Shown here one piece after another: positions 36,166 through 46,490 of a stretch of DNA of 54,608 nucleotides (positions within the stretch are counted from its first letter, which is position 1; each line of letters opens with the position of its first letter). The stretch spans positions 1 to 54,608 of the forward strand of contig JADFGO010000001.1 of assembly GCA_022567655.1 (NCBI GenBank), read 5' to 3'. The notes under the pieces are model-generated. The model was not told the origin of the DNA and searched no databases. It was given only the letters and a program-made list of their open reading frames with translations. A program made the translations under genes and the position numbers. This DNA is from Fidelibacterota bacterium. Its GTDB lineage: Bacteria > Fidelibacterota > SORT01.

Positions 36166-37161
36166 TCAGGGTACTTCTACAGCGTCGAAAATTCGATCAA
36201 TTATCATTTCCGTAGTCATCTCTTCGGCTTCCGCTTCGTAAGTCAATATAATCCTGTGTCTCATGACGTCCATTCCAATCGCCCGGATATCCTCCGGCGT
36301 TACGTAACCCCTGCGCATGATAAATGCATGGGCTTTCGCCGCAAGCCTGAGAAAAATAGAAGCTCTCGGCGATGCCCCGAAAGCGATCAATCCTTTCAAT
36401 TCGCTTAAACCGACCGACTCGGGGTCTCTTGTCGCAAAAGTAAGATCGACAATATACCTTTCCACCTTTTCGTCTATATAAACTTCGTCGACTACTTTGC
36501 GGGCAGATAGTATCTCCTTCGTGGTTACGACCGGATTCACCTCCGGTATCTCTCCTGTATTTCCCATTCTTTGCATTATCTCCAGCTCCTCCGCCCTGTC
36601 GGGATAGTCAACAATGACCTTGAGCATAAAGCGGTCGATCTGAGCTTCGGGAAGCGGATAGGTTCCCTCCTGCTCAATAGGATTTTGGGTCGCCAGAACA
36701 AGGAAAGGTACCGGGAGCGGGAACGTCTCCTTTCCGATAGTCACCTGCCTTTCCTGCATAGATTCCAATAGAGCGCTTTGTACCTTAGCCGGAGACCTGT
36801 TAATTTCATCCGCGAGTATAAGATTGGAGAAAATCGGTCCCTTTCTCGTTGTGAAAGCACCGTCCTTCGGATTAAATATCAGGGTGCCCACCAGATCCGC
36901 AGGCAGAAGATCGGGAGTAAATTGAATCCTCTGAAAATCAGCCTTGATCACTTTCGCCAGCGTGCTGACAGTAAGTGTTTTTGCCAATCCCGGCACCCCC
37001 TCGAGAAGGATATGTCCGTCCGCCAATAGACTTATGAGCAGCCGTCTTATCAGCGTTTTTTGCCCTACTATTACCTTATCGATCTCGGCTACAATCTTAT
37101 CAATAAATTGACTCTCGACTTCTATTTTCGAGTGTAATTTATCTAAATCAACAGCCATCAA
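36166..37161 (-). CDS. moxR: MoxR-family AAA+ ATPase
   Basis: Walker A GVPGLAKT and Walker B LLADEINR. LVLATQNPIEQEGTYPLPEAQIDRF is typical of the AAA_3/MoxR family. Confidence 0.95.
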   Translation of the reverse strand: MMAVDLDKLHSKIEVESQFIDKIVAEIDKVIVGQKTLIRRLLISLLADGHILLEGVPGLAKTLTVSTLAKVIKADFQRIQFTPDLLPADLVGTLIFNPKDGAFTTRKGPIFSNLILADEINRSPAKVQSALLESMQERQVTIGKETFPLPVPFLVLATQNPIEQEGTYPLPEAQIDRFMLKVIVDYPDRAEELEIMQRMGNTGEIPEVNPVVTTKEILSARKVVDEVYIDEKVERYIVDLTFATRDPESVGLSELKGLIAFGASPRASIFLRLAAKAHAFIMRRGYVTPEDIRAIGMDVMRHRIILTYEAEAEEMTTEMIIDRIFDAVEVP

Positions 37162-37198
37162 ATTCGTCCGCCATCAATCTGATCGAGTTGCTTCAGCT

Positions 37199-37696
37199 TC
37201 AATCCGTTCCTGTTATCTTTTTTAACTCGGTTATATCGTCAAGGTCCTTTCCGAGATATTGCAGCTCGAACTCCACTGCCTCCGAAAGGTCGTTTCCCTC
37301 GTATTTTTCCTTGAATTCCAGGTACGCCGCCTGCGCTTTGTCATAGTCCTTTACATAATTGGCGTAGATGTAACCGATCATAAACTGTGCTTTGGGCGCC
37401 AGATTAGAATCCGGGAATTCGAGGATTATCCGTCTATACTCTACTACCGCCTTGGGATAATCGTTTTTAATGTTTGCGAAACCGTCGGCTAACATAAATC
37501 TCGCCTCAGAGGCGTATTCTGATTCAGGATAGTTATCCAATAGTTTCTTAAGCGTTTCCAATGCTTCCTCGTACTTCTCCTGAGATTGCAGCTTCTTTGT
37601 CTTGGACCACAGCTCAACATCTGTTTCTTTAATAGAACAGGATGTCAGCATAACGATCGCGGCTGTCATTAAGCAAATGTTACTAATCAATTTCAT
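37199..37696 (-). CDS. TPR-repeat outer-membrane lipoprotein (BamD/YbgF-like fold)
   Basis: Lipobox LTSC and TPR repeats (YEEALETLKKLLDNYPESEYASEARFMLA...). Confidence 0.75.
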   Translation of the reverse strand: MKLISNICLMTAAIVMLTSCSIKETDVELWSKTKKLQSQEKYEEALETLKKLLDNYPESEYASEARFMLADGFANIKNDYPKAVVEYRRIILEFPDSNLAPKAQFMIGYIYANYVKDYDKAQAAYLEFKEKYEGNDLSEAVEFELQYLGKDLDDITELKKITGTD

Positions 37697-37798
37697 TTAT
37701 CACTCCTCCTTAATATCAAAAGTCTGATTCTCCTTCCTGCCGGCAGCGGTACTCTTTAAACAATTGAGACGTATTAAAAGCCACCTTTGGCGTGGAGA

Positions 37799-37826
37799 AA
37801 TTTATTATGTTTTAAAAGAAATGCAA
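37799..37826 (-). promoter_or_regulatory. Candidate sigma-70-type promoter for the TPR-MoxR operon
   Basis: Minus strand reads TTGCAT-N16-TAAATT, about 100 nt upstream of the ATG at 37696. This is a consensus match only. Confidence 0.3.
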
Positions 37827-37906
37827 GTGCTCTTATGCAAATTATCTTTTTAAACGGTTACTGACGGATTTGAATAATATTTGGAATTCGGGTTCAGGTA
37901 ACAAAC

Positions 37907-40516
37907 CTATACCTTAACAACCTCAATGCCGGAGCCATTGACGCGCGCTTCCAATTCATCTCCTGCCTTCGCTTCACCGGTCAGCATAAGGTTTGCTACC
38001 CTGTCTGTTATCTCCCTTTGCAATAGTCTTTTCAACGGTCTTGCGCCGTATGCGGGATCATATCCTTTTTCCGCAAGCATATCAAGCGCCTCATCCCCAA
38101 GCGAGAATTTTATGCCCTGCTCACTTATCTTACTCGAAATCCTATCCAGCTGAATCTTAACGATTTTCCGTACGCTTTCAGCCGTCAAGGGGTGGAAGAC
38201 CACTATGTCGTCAATCCTGTTCAGAAATTCAGGTTTGAAAGTGCTCTGTAGGAGTTTCTGTACTTCGGCGCTGATTTCTTTGTATATCTCCGGTTCATTT
38301 TCCGAGGTCAGCTGCGCCGATTTTTCAACTATAATCGAGGAACCGAGGTTTGAGGTCATTATAAATATCGTATTCCTGAAGTTCACAACACGTCCTTGTC
38401 CGTCCGTCATGCGCCCGTCGTCAAGCGCCTGGAGCAGCACATTGAACACATCATTATGGGCTTTTTCGATCTCGTCCATTAAAATTACCGAATACGGTTT
38501 TCTTCGAACTGCTTCCGTCAGTTGTCCGCCCTCCTCGTATCCTACGTATCCGGGGGGTGCGCCGATGAGTCGCGACACTGAATGCTTCTCCATGTACTCG
38601 GACATGTCAAGCCGAATTATGGCATCTTCGTCGTCAAACAAAAACTCAGCCAAACCTTTGGCGAGTTCTGTCTTGCCGACTCCCGTTGAACCTATAAAAA
38701 TAAATGAACCGAGCGGACGTGATTCCTCCTGGAGTCCGACTCTCGCACGTTTGACCGCGTCAGATACTGATTTAATCGCCTCCGGCTGGCCGATAACCCG
38801 TCTGCCGAGCCTTTCTTCCATGTGAAGCAATTTATCACGTTCCCCCTCCATCATCCTGCTGACAGGAATATTGGTCCATTGAGAGATTACCTCTGCGATG
38901 TCCTCTTCATCTATTTCTTCTCTCAGCAGCCTCTTGTCCTTCTGGAGTTTTTTCAGGTTATCGTTTAATTTATCCGCTTCAGCCTTGAGCTCGATCAACC
39001 TCCCGTGCTTCAACTCAGCGGCTTTTTCGTAATCACCTTCTGATTCAGCCTTGCCGTAAGCGGTTCGGGCAGACTCTATCTCTTCTTTTACTTCTCTGAG
39101 TCTCCCGATTACTACCTTCTCGGCCGTCCACTGTCCCCTTAAGTTCTCGGCGTCCTTATGAAGGGTTTTCAGCTGCTTATCCAGTTCTTTTACTCTATTT
39201 TTTGAATCATCTTCCTTAATCAGAGCGGCTCGCTCTATTTCCAGCTGAGTCACCTTCCGTTCGAGCTCATCGAGTTCCGCGGGCATACTGTCAATTTCAA
39301 TTCTCAACCTACTTGCCGCTTCGTCGATAAGGTCTATTGCCTTGTCCGGAAGAAAACGGTCGGGGACATACCTGTTCGAGAGATTTACGGCGGCGACGAG
39401 TGCGGCGTCTTTTATCTTAATACCGTGGTGTATCTCGTAACGGTCGCGTAATCCTCTCAGAATACTTATTGCATCCTCTATGTTCGGCTCGTTCACCATG
39501 ATAGGTTGGAATCTTCTCTCGAGTGCGGCGTCTTTTTCAATGTGTTTCCTGTACTCGTCTATGGTAGTCGCTCCTATGACCTTAAGTTCCCCGCGTGCGA
39601 GCGGTGGTTTCAGGATGTTGCTTGCGTCAACCGATCCTTCAGCAGCGCCGGCGCCGACTACGGTGTGAAGCTCGTCGATGAACAAGATTACATCACCGTT
39701 CGATTCCTCTACCTCTTTTATGACCGCTTTCAATCTATCTTCAAATTCGCCTCTGAACTTCGCCCCGGCGATAAGAGTACCCATATCCAACGTAACTATG
39801 CGTTTATCTTTCAGTCCTTCGGGAACGTCGCCGCTCACTATTCTGAACGCAATTCCTTCTACAATTGCAGTCTTACCAACCCCCGGATCTCCTATTAGAA
39901 CAGGATTATTTTTTGTTCTTCGGGAAAGAACCTGCATCACACGCCTTATCTCCTCTTCTCTTCCGATTACGGGATCGAGTTTGCCTTTGCTTGCAAGCTC
40001 GTTCAGGTCGCTTCCGTACCTTTTTAACGCCTGGTATTTCTCCTCAGGATTTTGATCGGTTATTCTTTGGCTCCCTCTTATCTCCTGTAATACACTCAGA
40101 ATTGATTCTCTGCTCACACCCTGTTCAGCGAGAACGGCACTCACTCCACCCGAGTTTGCGTCAGACATCGCGAGTAGCAAATGCTCGTTGCTGATATACT
40201 CATCCTTTAGATTTTCCGATTCTTTTAGGGCGCTTTTTAATAACCCGTCCAATTCGCGTGACAGCTGCGGGCTGCCGATTCCGCTTCCCGTTGATTTTGG
40301 AAGTTTGGAAAGCAGTTTATCCAGCGATTCGATCAACTTTTGTGGTTGAACTCCCAGCTTACTCATAACCGCGATTGTGGTATTTTGCTCATCAAGAAGC
40401 ATAGCTTTCAAAAGATGCCCGCTTGTGAATTCCGGATTGTTTAGCGCGGAAGCTAGCTCCTGTGCTTTTTTCAGAGATTCCTGAGCGCGAAAAGTAAATT
40501 TTTCAAAAGAAATCAT
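37907..40516 (-). CDS. clpB: ClpB disaggregase (class 1 AAA+)
   Basis: 869 aa. Walker A motifs GDPGVGKT and GSTGVGKT, with a long coiled-coil M-domain between the two nucleotide-binding domains. Confidence 0.95.
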   Translation of the reverse strand: MISFEKFTFRAQESLKKAQELASALNNPEFTSGHLLKAMLLDEQNTTIAVMSKLGVQPQKLIESLDKLLSKLPKSTGSGIGSPQLSRELDGLLKSALKESENLKDEYISNEHLLLAMSDANSGGVSAVLAEQGVSRESILSVLQEIRGSQRITDQNPEEKYQALKRYGSDLNELASKGKLDPVIGREEEIRRVMQVLSRRTKNNPVLIGDPGVGKTAIVEGIAFRIVSGDVPEGLKDKRIVTLDMGTLIAGAKFRGEFEDRLKAVIKEVEESNGDVILFIDELHTVVGAGAAEGSVDASNILKPPLARGELKVIGATTIDEYRKHIEKDAALERRFQPIMVNEPNIEDAISILRGLRDRYEIHHGIKIKDAALVAAVNLSNRYVPDRFLPDKAIDLIDEAASRLRIEIDSMPAELDELERKVTQLEIERAALIKEDDSKNRVKELDKQLKTLHKDAENLRGQWTAEKVVIGRLREVKEEIESARTAYGKAESEGDYEKAAELKHGRLIELKAEADKLNDNLKKLQKDKRLLREEIDEEDIAEVISQWTNIPVSRMMEGERDKLLHMEERLGRRVIGQPEAIKSVSDAVKRARVGLQEESRPLGSFIFIGSTGVGKTELAKGLAEFLFDDEDAIIRLDMSEYMEKHSVSRLIGAPPGYVGYEEGGQLTEAVRRKPYSVILMDEIEKAHNDVFNVLLQALDDGRMTDGQGRVVNFRNTIFIMTSNLGSSIIVEKSAQLTSENEPEIYKEISAEVQKLLQSTFKPEFLNRIDDIVVFHPLTAESVRKIVKIQLDRISSKISEQGIKFSLGDEALDMLAEKGYDPAYGARPLKRLLQREITDRVANLMLTGEAKAGDELEARVNGSGIEVVKV

Positions 40517-40540
40517 CTATCTGTTTCCCGATAGTTACGT

Positions 40541-42439
40541 TTAAAAGGCAAACAACAGCCCGAAATGCAGCCTGCTTCGCTCACCCGTATCATCTTCATC
40601 GGGATCGAGTTTGTAGCCATAATCGAGTCTTACCGGTCCCATTGGCGTTAATAATGAAAATCCTACACCTGCTGAATATTTTAGCTTTGTAGGAGATACC
40701 CTGCTGAATTCATCCCAGAGATTTCCTCCGTCAATGAATAATTGTCCTCCGAATCTCCAAAATACGGGAAAACGAAGTTCAATGTTGGATAGCAACTTGT
40801 AAATTCTGGAGACGGCTCCGCTCGGATTCAGGGTGAAATCCTGCAATTGAAGCTCCTCATATCCCCTTACCGAAGTTCCGCCGCCAAGGAAGAACCTGTC
40901 GAAAAATGGAATTGACGTATTTTTACCGAACGAGCTGATGAATCCTCCTTTAAGCCTTGTTGCAATTGTCCAGGATTTGTTCAAAAAGAACGGCTGGTAT
41001 CTGCTCCACGAGACTTCTGCTCTGTAAATATCACTTGTATCCCCTCCTAAAAATCCACCGGCAAATTTAGCATCAAGCGAAAGGATCGAGCCTTTTGTAG
41101 GCAAGAAAATGTTCCTTCTCTTATCGTTGATTATCAGAAGATTTATCGACCGTTGATTATCTTCCTCACGAATTCCCAACGAATCTGACAGGGCACTGCT
41201 GAGGTCACCGATTACCCTTGTTATTGTTATTCCCAGTGCCAGGCGGGCGGTAAACTCCTCGCTGTATTTCTTAAATAATGCTATATCACCGCCGAACCTC
41301 GTTAGAGTGATCTCTTCCGGTTCAATCAATCGCTCCCGCTCGATAAACGTTCTAAAGGTCGTCGGCGCTCTTTGCCCGAGTATCCATGGTTCCGTATAAC
41401 TTGCCTCGAATCTCGTCTGACCGCTCGAAATATCGGTTATACCGACAGACGCATTTCCTTTAAACCGCAGGAGCCGTCCGGTCGAAAATAAATTCCTGTT
41501 ATACCATTCAGCAACTACGTTCAGATCAGTGACTGGTTCAGTCGACCCGGCTATCCTGCGCTGCTTGAATCCTATTTCACCACCGAGTTGCCGCATCTTC
41601 CTTTCCCGGACGTTCACTATAAGATTTAGCCTTTTATTGACGGTATCGGTCCGGACCGGATCGATAGTTACGTTTGAAAACAATCCCGTTTCGAAAATTC
41701 GTTTCTGACTTTCACGTATCTTTTCAATATTATATTTCTCATCCCGATTAAACGTCAACTCGCGAAGTACGATTTCGGGTTTAACTTGCTGAGTGCCGGA
41801 AACCAGGACGCTGTCCAAAAAGATCGTATCGTTTTCCTTGATATCTATCACTACAGTGACTTCATCATCTCCTGTGAGATGATTTCGAAATTGGGCAAAC
41901 GGTTTGCCCCGTGTTTGGTATGCTGTTCTTACTGCTGCAATGTCTTTTCGCAGCAGGTACGGATTGAGAGGCTCACCGAGCTTGGAATCGAACATCCTGA
42001 GTATTTCGGTGTCGGCAATAAGGTCATTTCCCCGGATATTTATCTCCTTAATCTTGATTCGCTTACCCTCATTGACCTTCACATGGATGATAATATCTTT
42101 CCGGTCGATAATTTCGAACGAGTCACTCACAGCGGCATATATGTAGCCTTTACTCTCGTAATATTTCCTGATTGAGGCCCTATCGAGCTGGAGAATTCTT
42201 GCGTTGAATTCGGATCCTTTCCTCAAAAAAGAGGGAAAACCGGGAGACTTCAAGTTCATCTGACCCCTGAGCGTCCCGTCTGAAATATTTTCATTTCCTG
42301 AAAATCTTATCTCTTTGACTCGCAGTAGTGATTGAGCGTTCACATCAGGGGCTGAATTGAGTATCAGCATGGGAATAATAAAGAGCAGCCATCCCCGCCG
42401 GTGTATGGTTTTAACGCTGTTTATGATTCTTCGAATCAA
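40541..42439 (-). CDS. tamA: Omp85-family protein with POTRA domains, TamA-like
   Basis: 632 aa. N-terminal POTRA-like repeats (VKEIRFSGN..., IKEINIRGN...) and a C-terminal barrel ending RLHFGLLFAF. Sits 9 nt downstream of the TamB-like gene. Confidence 0.8.
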   Translation of the reverse strand: MIRRIINSVKTIHRRGWLLFIIPMLILNSAPDVNAQSLLRVKEIRFSGNENISDGTLRGQMNLKSPGFPSFLRKGSEFNARILQLDRASIRKYYESKGYIYAAVSDSFEIIDRKDIIIHVKVNEGKRIKIKEINIRGNDLIADTEILRMFDSKLGEPLNPYLLRKDIAAVRTAYQTRGKPFAQFRNHLTGDDEVTVVIDIKENDTIFLDSVLVSGTQQVKPEIVLRELTFNRDEKYNIEKIRESQKRIFETGLFSNVTIDPVRTDTVNKRLNLIVNVRERKMRQLGGEIGFKQRRIAGSTEPVTDLNVVAEWYNRNLFSTGRLLRFKGNASVGITDISSGQTRFEASYTEPWILGQRAPTTFRTFIERERLIEPEEITLTRFGGDIALFKKYSEEFTARLALGITITRVIGDLSSALSDSLGIREEDNQRSINLLIINDKRRNIFLPTKGSILSLDAKFAGGFLGGDTSDIYRAEVSWSRYQPFFLNKSWTIATRLKGGFISSFGKNTSIPFFDRFFLGGGTSVRGYEELQLQDFTLNPSGAVSRIYKLLSNIELRFPVFWRFGGQLFIDGGNLWDEFSRVSPTKLKYSAGVGFSLLTPMGPVRLDYGYKLDPDEDDTGERSRLHFGLLFAF

Positions 42440-42448
42440 TTATTTATA

Positions 42449-45400
42449 CTAATATTGAAACCTTAATTTATAACTTACGTGCAGAAGTCCATACTCCGTA
42501 TCAACGTTTCCAGCCAAAGAGCTGATTTTGTTAATTCTATACTCCACTCCAATCTGCTGAGATGAGGCTAACCGTTGAAGCCCCTTCTGATAGGTTACAT
42601 AAAAGCTTCTGGATATTTGTCTTCCCAGCAGCAGCTCTGCATTTCTATAGCCTTGCAACGTACCTGATTCCGTTTGAAGTTCAAATATATCTAATCCGGC
42701 GAGTTGTCCCCCGAGTTCTTCCAAACTCTTTTCTAAATAACTGGTAGCCATCAGCCCAACACCCGTTCCCAATCCGGTGGTTGATATAACGCTTCCGGAT
42801 TGTTTAAAGTTTATCAATGAAAGAATTTCGCTCTCGCTGTAGCCGCTCTCAGACTCGAAATTGTAGGTCGGTTTCTCGAGCGTGCCGCCCATCTCAACAG
42901 TGATTTTTTCGCTATCTTTCCCGACCCCTATAGTAGTCGTGGCAACAATGTCAAAAGTCGGATTGAACTCGTATGGATCAAAACCCACCTCAGCTCTTTC
43001 AATCGTGAACGTATCATTGATGTAATAGAATTTCCCTTTAATGGCGGATATGTTACCCGAAAAATTATACTCCTCCTGAGGCCGTTTAATTATCCAGATA
43101 TCTCCGCTAAACTCTATATCCGCCTGACTGTTCTTCAGGTAAAACTTATCGGGTGATTGAGCATGGATGTTATACACGAGATACGGGATCGATTCCTCTA
43201 TTACCTCTTCCGTAAGCTCCTCGACAAACTCTGCTCTGATGGTTACAAAGTCCGGCTGCAGCTCGCCCGTTATTTCTATTGTGTCCTGACCGGTTATCGT
43301 TAGATCGACATCAGTGACCGACTCTAAATTACCCAAAATACTCAGTATGTATAATTGTTCACCCTTAAACTTCAGATCCAGAATCGGTCTGAAAAAGGAG
43401 CTGAAATCAATCTCTCCTGTTATCTCAAAATGATTTGGATTGACTTCCGTATCACTTTTGAATATATCGCCGATACCGGAAAATATGCCGGAAGTTTTTT
43501 GCAATAGACGGCCTATCAACCCGCCTTTTTTTCCGCCTTCCATCTTACCGGACAGGGACACAATTCTCCCCATGTTCTTTTCGATCAGGAATTCACCTTC
43601 AATCTTACTCGGAGAATTCTGTAGAAGGTTCGTATCAACTCTTCCGTTTTTTACCAATATACGTGCGTCCCTGACCGGAGATAAAAAGGATCCGGAAAGC
43701 ATGAATTCAATGTCAAATTCGCCTTTTATTTCATCGATATCGGTAAAATAAGGCGATATAAAATGCAAATCATTACTCAAGCCTCTGACATTCAACTCTA
43801 TTGGGCGGTCCAGCTTTCTTCCCTCCACTTTCCAGAGGGCTAAATTTATCGGGACATATCCATCCCCGGAGTACTCACCATTTTCTGTAGTGGCTTTTAG
43901 GTCTTTGAACACCAGAAGCGAATCATGATAAGTGCCCGACCCGTCTAATTTCTTGAATGATACCAAATCATACCATCCATCACGAATTTCCAGATCATAT
44001 ACAACATCGGGTTCTAAGAAAGTATTACTCACTTCGATTATTCCGGTGACAGAACCTCCAATTGGCTGTTTAAACGGGTTATACTCTCTATAAGTAAACA
44101 AATTAACGTTGTTAAAAATTGTGGTCAGCTCGAGTATGTCATCTTTCGATACCGCCTTTTCCGTCCATATCAGTTTGTTATGATCCATATCAACGAATCC
44201 GGAAAATTCTATCCAGGAGTCCTCGCTTTCGCTCACCTTGAGTTTATTCAGTATCAATCTGTCGCTTTCGTGCAAGACGTCAACAGATACTTTCTCGAAT
44301 GAAAAATCTCCGAAGATTGCCTTTTCGACGTTCAAGAGAAGTTTAATCGTCAGATTCTCTTTCGAATTCGAGAATACCAAAGCGCCTGAAGCTATTCCAC
44401 CAAACTCTTTTTCGCTATCCATTATGTCCGAGATCGGTTGCAAATCGACCGTTCGTATCAAGAGGATGCTTGCGAGATTATCTGTTTCCCTATTCCACTC
44501 CATCGAAAAATCGACGCTGCCGCCTATCAACTCTATCGCAACCGGTTCGATTGTCAAGAGCTCTTTGTTCATGATTCCGCGGATAGATTCTTTGCTGCTT
44601 ATTTTATAGCCTTGATACTTTCCGCTGAGCGAATCGACCTCGAATTGTCCGCTTTCTTCGATCCAGCCGACAAGTTTCACAAAATCGCCGCCGTTTTCCG
44701 CTTTGAAATTCTCAATGAAGAACTTGCCGCCTGCGAGCTTGGTAGAAATATCCAATGAGGCAATGCTGATGTTTTGCACTTTACCGTTTTCAAGGTGGAA
44801 AAACCCATTTCCCTCCCTTGCAGTGCTCAAATTGTTAAGAACAAATATTCCCTCCGCCGACTCAAAATTTCCCTTTTCGCCAACTAATTCATTGATATTA
44901 AATTTGCCGGCAATGTTGAGGTCAGCGATGTTACCGGACAGGGTTAAATTTGCCGTCAACTTGCCCTGAATTTCATTTACTCCAATCAAGCTGGATATCT
45001 CATTTAGATTATTGGAAGTGATGGATATGTCGGTGTTGATTATCTGATTAAATCCTAATCTCCCGCTCGCATCTAAGGACGATTCTTTTAGTAATACGGA
45101 CAACTTTTCAATGTTTACAGATTCATCCTTGATGCTGATAGACGCTACGGCGCTTTCTATGTCAATATCAGCAACCTGCGACCGGGAGATATTCAACTCA
45201 CCGTGAAGCGTTAATGTTTCCTTAGAATATCCGGAGCCATTGAATATAACATTCCCATTTATACTCGATCTGATCTCTCCAACATCCAGCTTGCTCAGAT
45301 CTAAATTCTCAAAGTTGAGTTCTCCGGAAAAATTTCCTCTTCTTGTAATACGGCCATTTCCCTCAATTTTCGCGCCGTCGATTATACCGTCGAGATTCAC

Positions 45401-46324
45401 TAATTCGAGTTTATCGCCGGTGTAACCTCCCGAAAGATTGAATTCTTCAAATTTCTTTCCACCCGCTTCGCCATAAGCGGAGAAGTTAAACCCGAGGTCT
45501 GAGAGCTCACCCCCAACGTTGCCCACGATTGAAACCTTCCCATCCAATTCGATTTTCTGACCGAGAAATTCTAAGATATCCCCAAACGAATTGATGTCCG
45601 CCGCCATATCCAAACCCATCTGCAGCCTCGGACTGGTTTCCATCCATCCGCTTACAATTACGTCACAATCAAGCGCTGTAAACTGTAACGACTCGTAACG
45701 CCATCCTTCTTCGGAATAAATTACACTGCCGGATAATCCCTCTAATACCAAATTCCTTGAAGGGTAATCAAAGCCTCCGTCTTTCAGACTAATCTCCATA
45801 TTGCCGTCATCCATAAAAAACGAACCGCGAAGATTCAGATTCTCGATCAAATATCTGAAATTACCCTCTGATATTTCAAAAGAACCATCTTCAATGACTA
45901 ATGACGAAATGGAAATCTCCCTCCCTGTTCCTAACGTGGAATCATCCTGTGCGGCATATTTTTTGCCCTTATTCAAATTCAAATAAATATATGGTTTTAC
46001 GAATTTCAGCTCTTTCAGAATGAATTGACCTCTTAGCAGTTCCCACAGACTGTATTTTAATATCAGTTTCTCCGAATAAACTTCGAATGATTCTAAAGAA
46101 TCCGAGTAGCTTAATTTTTGGATTTCAAATCCATTTAAAAGATTTCCGGAAATTCCCTTCATGATAAATTGAGAGCCTTTATCAGTAGCAAATTCTTCAT
46201 TCAGCGTCGCTTCTATCTGATTTCTGTACATATTCGGTTGGAATATAAAAATCAGCAGTCCGATGATACCTACTAATAGTACCAGGCTTAGTGAAGTTAA
46301 AAATAATTTAAGATGTTTTTTCAT
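42449..46324 (-). CDS. tamB: TamB-like translocation and assembly module protein (DUF490 C-terminus)
   Basis: 1291 aa. N-terminal TM anchor, a long beta-rich body, and the C-terminus LLLGRQISRSFYVTYQKG...VEYRINKISSLAGNVD...SYKLRFQY. Confidence 0.8.
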   Translation of the reverse strand: MKKHLKLFLTSLSLVLLVGIIGLLIFIFQPNMYRNQIEATLNEEFATDKGSQFIMKGISGNLLNGFEIQKLSYSDSLESFEVYSEKLILKYSLWELLRGQFILKELKFVKPYIYLNLNKGKKYAAQDDSTLGTGREISISSLVIEDGSFEISEGNFRYLIENLNLRGSFFMDDGNMEISLKDGGFDYPSRNLVLEGLSGSVIYSEEGWRYESLQFTALDCDVIVSGWMETSPRLQMGLDMAADINSFGDILEFLGQKIELDGKVSIVGNVGGELSDLGFNFSAYGEAGGKKFEEFNLSGGYTGDKLELVNLDGIIDGAKIEGNGRITRRGNFSGELNFENLDLSKLDVGEIRSSINGNVIFNGSGYSKETLTLHGELNISRSQVADIDIESAVASISIKDESVNIEKLSVLLKESSLDASGRLGFNQIINTDISITSNNLNEISSLIGVNEIQGKLTANLTLSGNIADLNIAGKFNINELVGEKGNFESAEGIFVLNNLSTAREGNGFFHLENGKVQNISIASLDISTKLAGGKFFIENFKAENGGDFVKLVGWIEESGQFEVDSLSGKYQGYKISSKESIRGIMNKELLTIEPVAIELIGGSVDFSMEWNRETDNLASILLIRTVDLQPISDIMDSEKEFGGIASGALVFSNSKENLTIKLLLNVEKAIFGDFSFEKVSVDVLHESDRLILNKLKVSESEDSWIEFSGFVDMDHNKLIWTEKAVSKDDILELTTIFNNVNLFTYREYNPFKQPIGGSVTGIIEVSNTFLEPDVVYDLEIRDGWYDLVSFKKLDGSGTYHDSLLVFKDLKATTENGEYSGDGYVPINLALWKVEGRKLDRPIELNVRGLSNDLHFISPYFTDIDEIKGEFDIEFMLSGSFLSPVRDARILVKNGRVDTNLLQNSPSKIEGEFLIEKNMGRIVSLSGKMEGGKKGGLIGRLLQKTSGIFSGIGDIFKSDTEVNPNHFEITGEIDFSSFFRPILDLKFKGEQLYILSILGNLESVTDVDLTITGQDTIEITGELQPDFVTIRAEFVEELTEEVIEESIPYLVYNIHAQSPDKFYLKNSQADIEFSGDIWIIKRPQEEYNFSGNISAIKGKFYYINDTFTIERAEVGFDPYEFNPTFDIVATTTIGVGKDSEKITVEMGGTLEKPTYNFESESGYSESEILSLINFKQSGSVISTTGLGTGVGLMATSYLEKSLEELGGQLAGLDIFELQTESGTLQGYRNAELLLGRQISRSFYVTYQKGLQRLASSQQIGVEYRINKISSLAGNVDTEYGLLHVSYKLRFQY

Positions 46325-46490
46325 ATCTTATTCGGCACACTTATCCATTATAAGGAAAATATCACTATATTCATCTTATCGCAAGTATTAAACCCGTAAT
46401 CCATTATCTTCCCTCCTAAATACGCCAATGGCGAAGAACTTTAGTCCCTCGCCATTTAACTACATAAATACCAAAAAGTTGCGGAAATTA

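Noticed and set aside
38205-38825. Long antisense ORFs inside conserved genes. Examples: 206 aa in clpB, 177 aa at 18658-19191, 166 aa at 23361-23861, 144 aa in dnaK and 150 aa at 17101-17553.
   Set aside because: They lie opposite strongly supported conserved genes and have Ser/Leu/Pro-rich shadow-frame composition. They have no independent start context.
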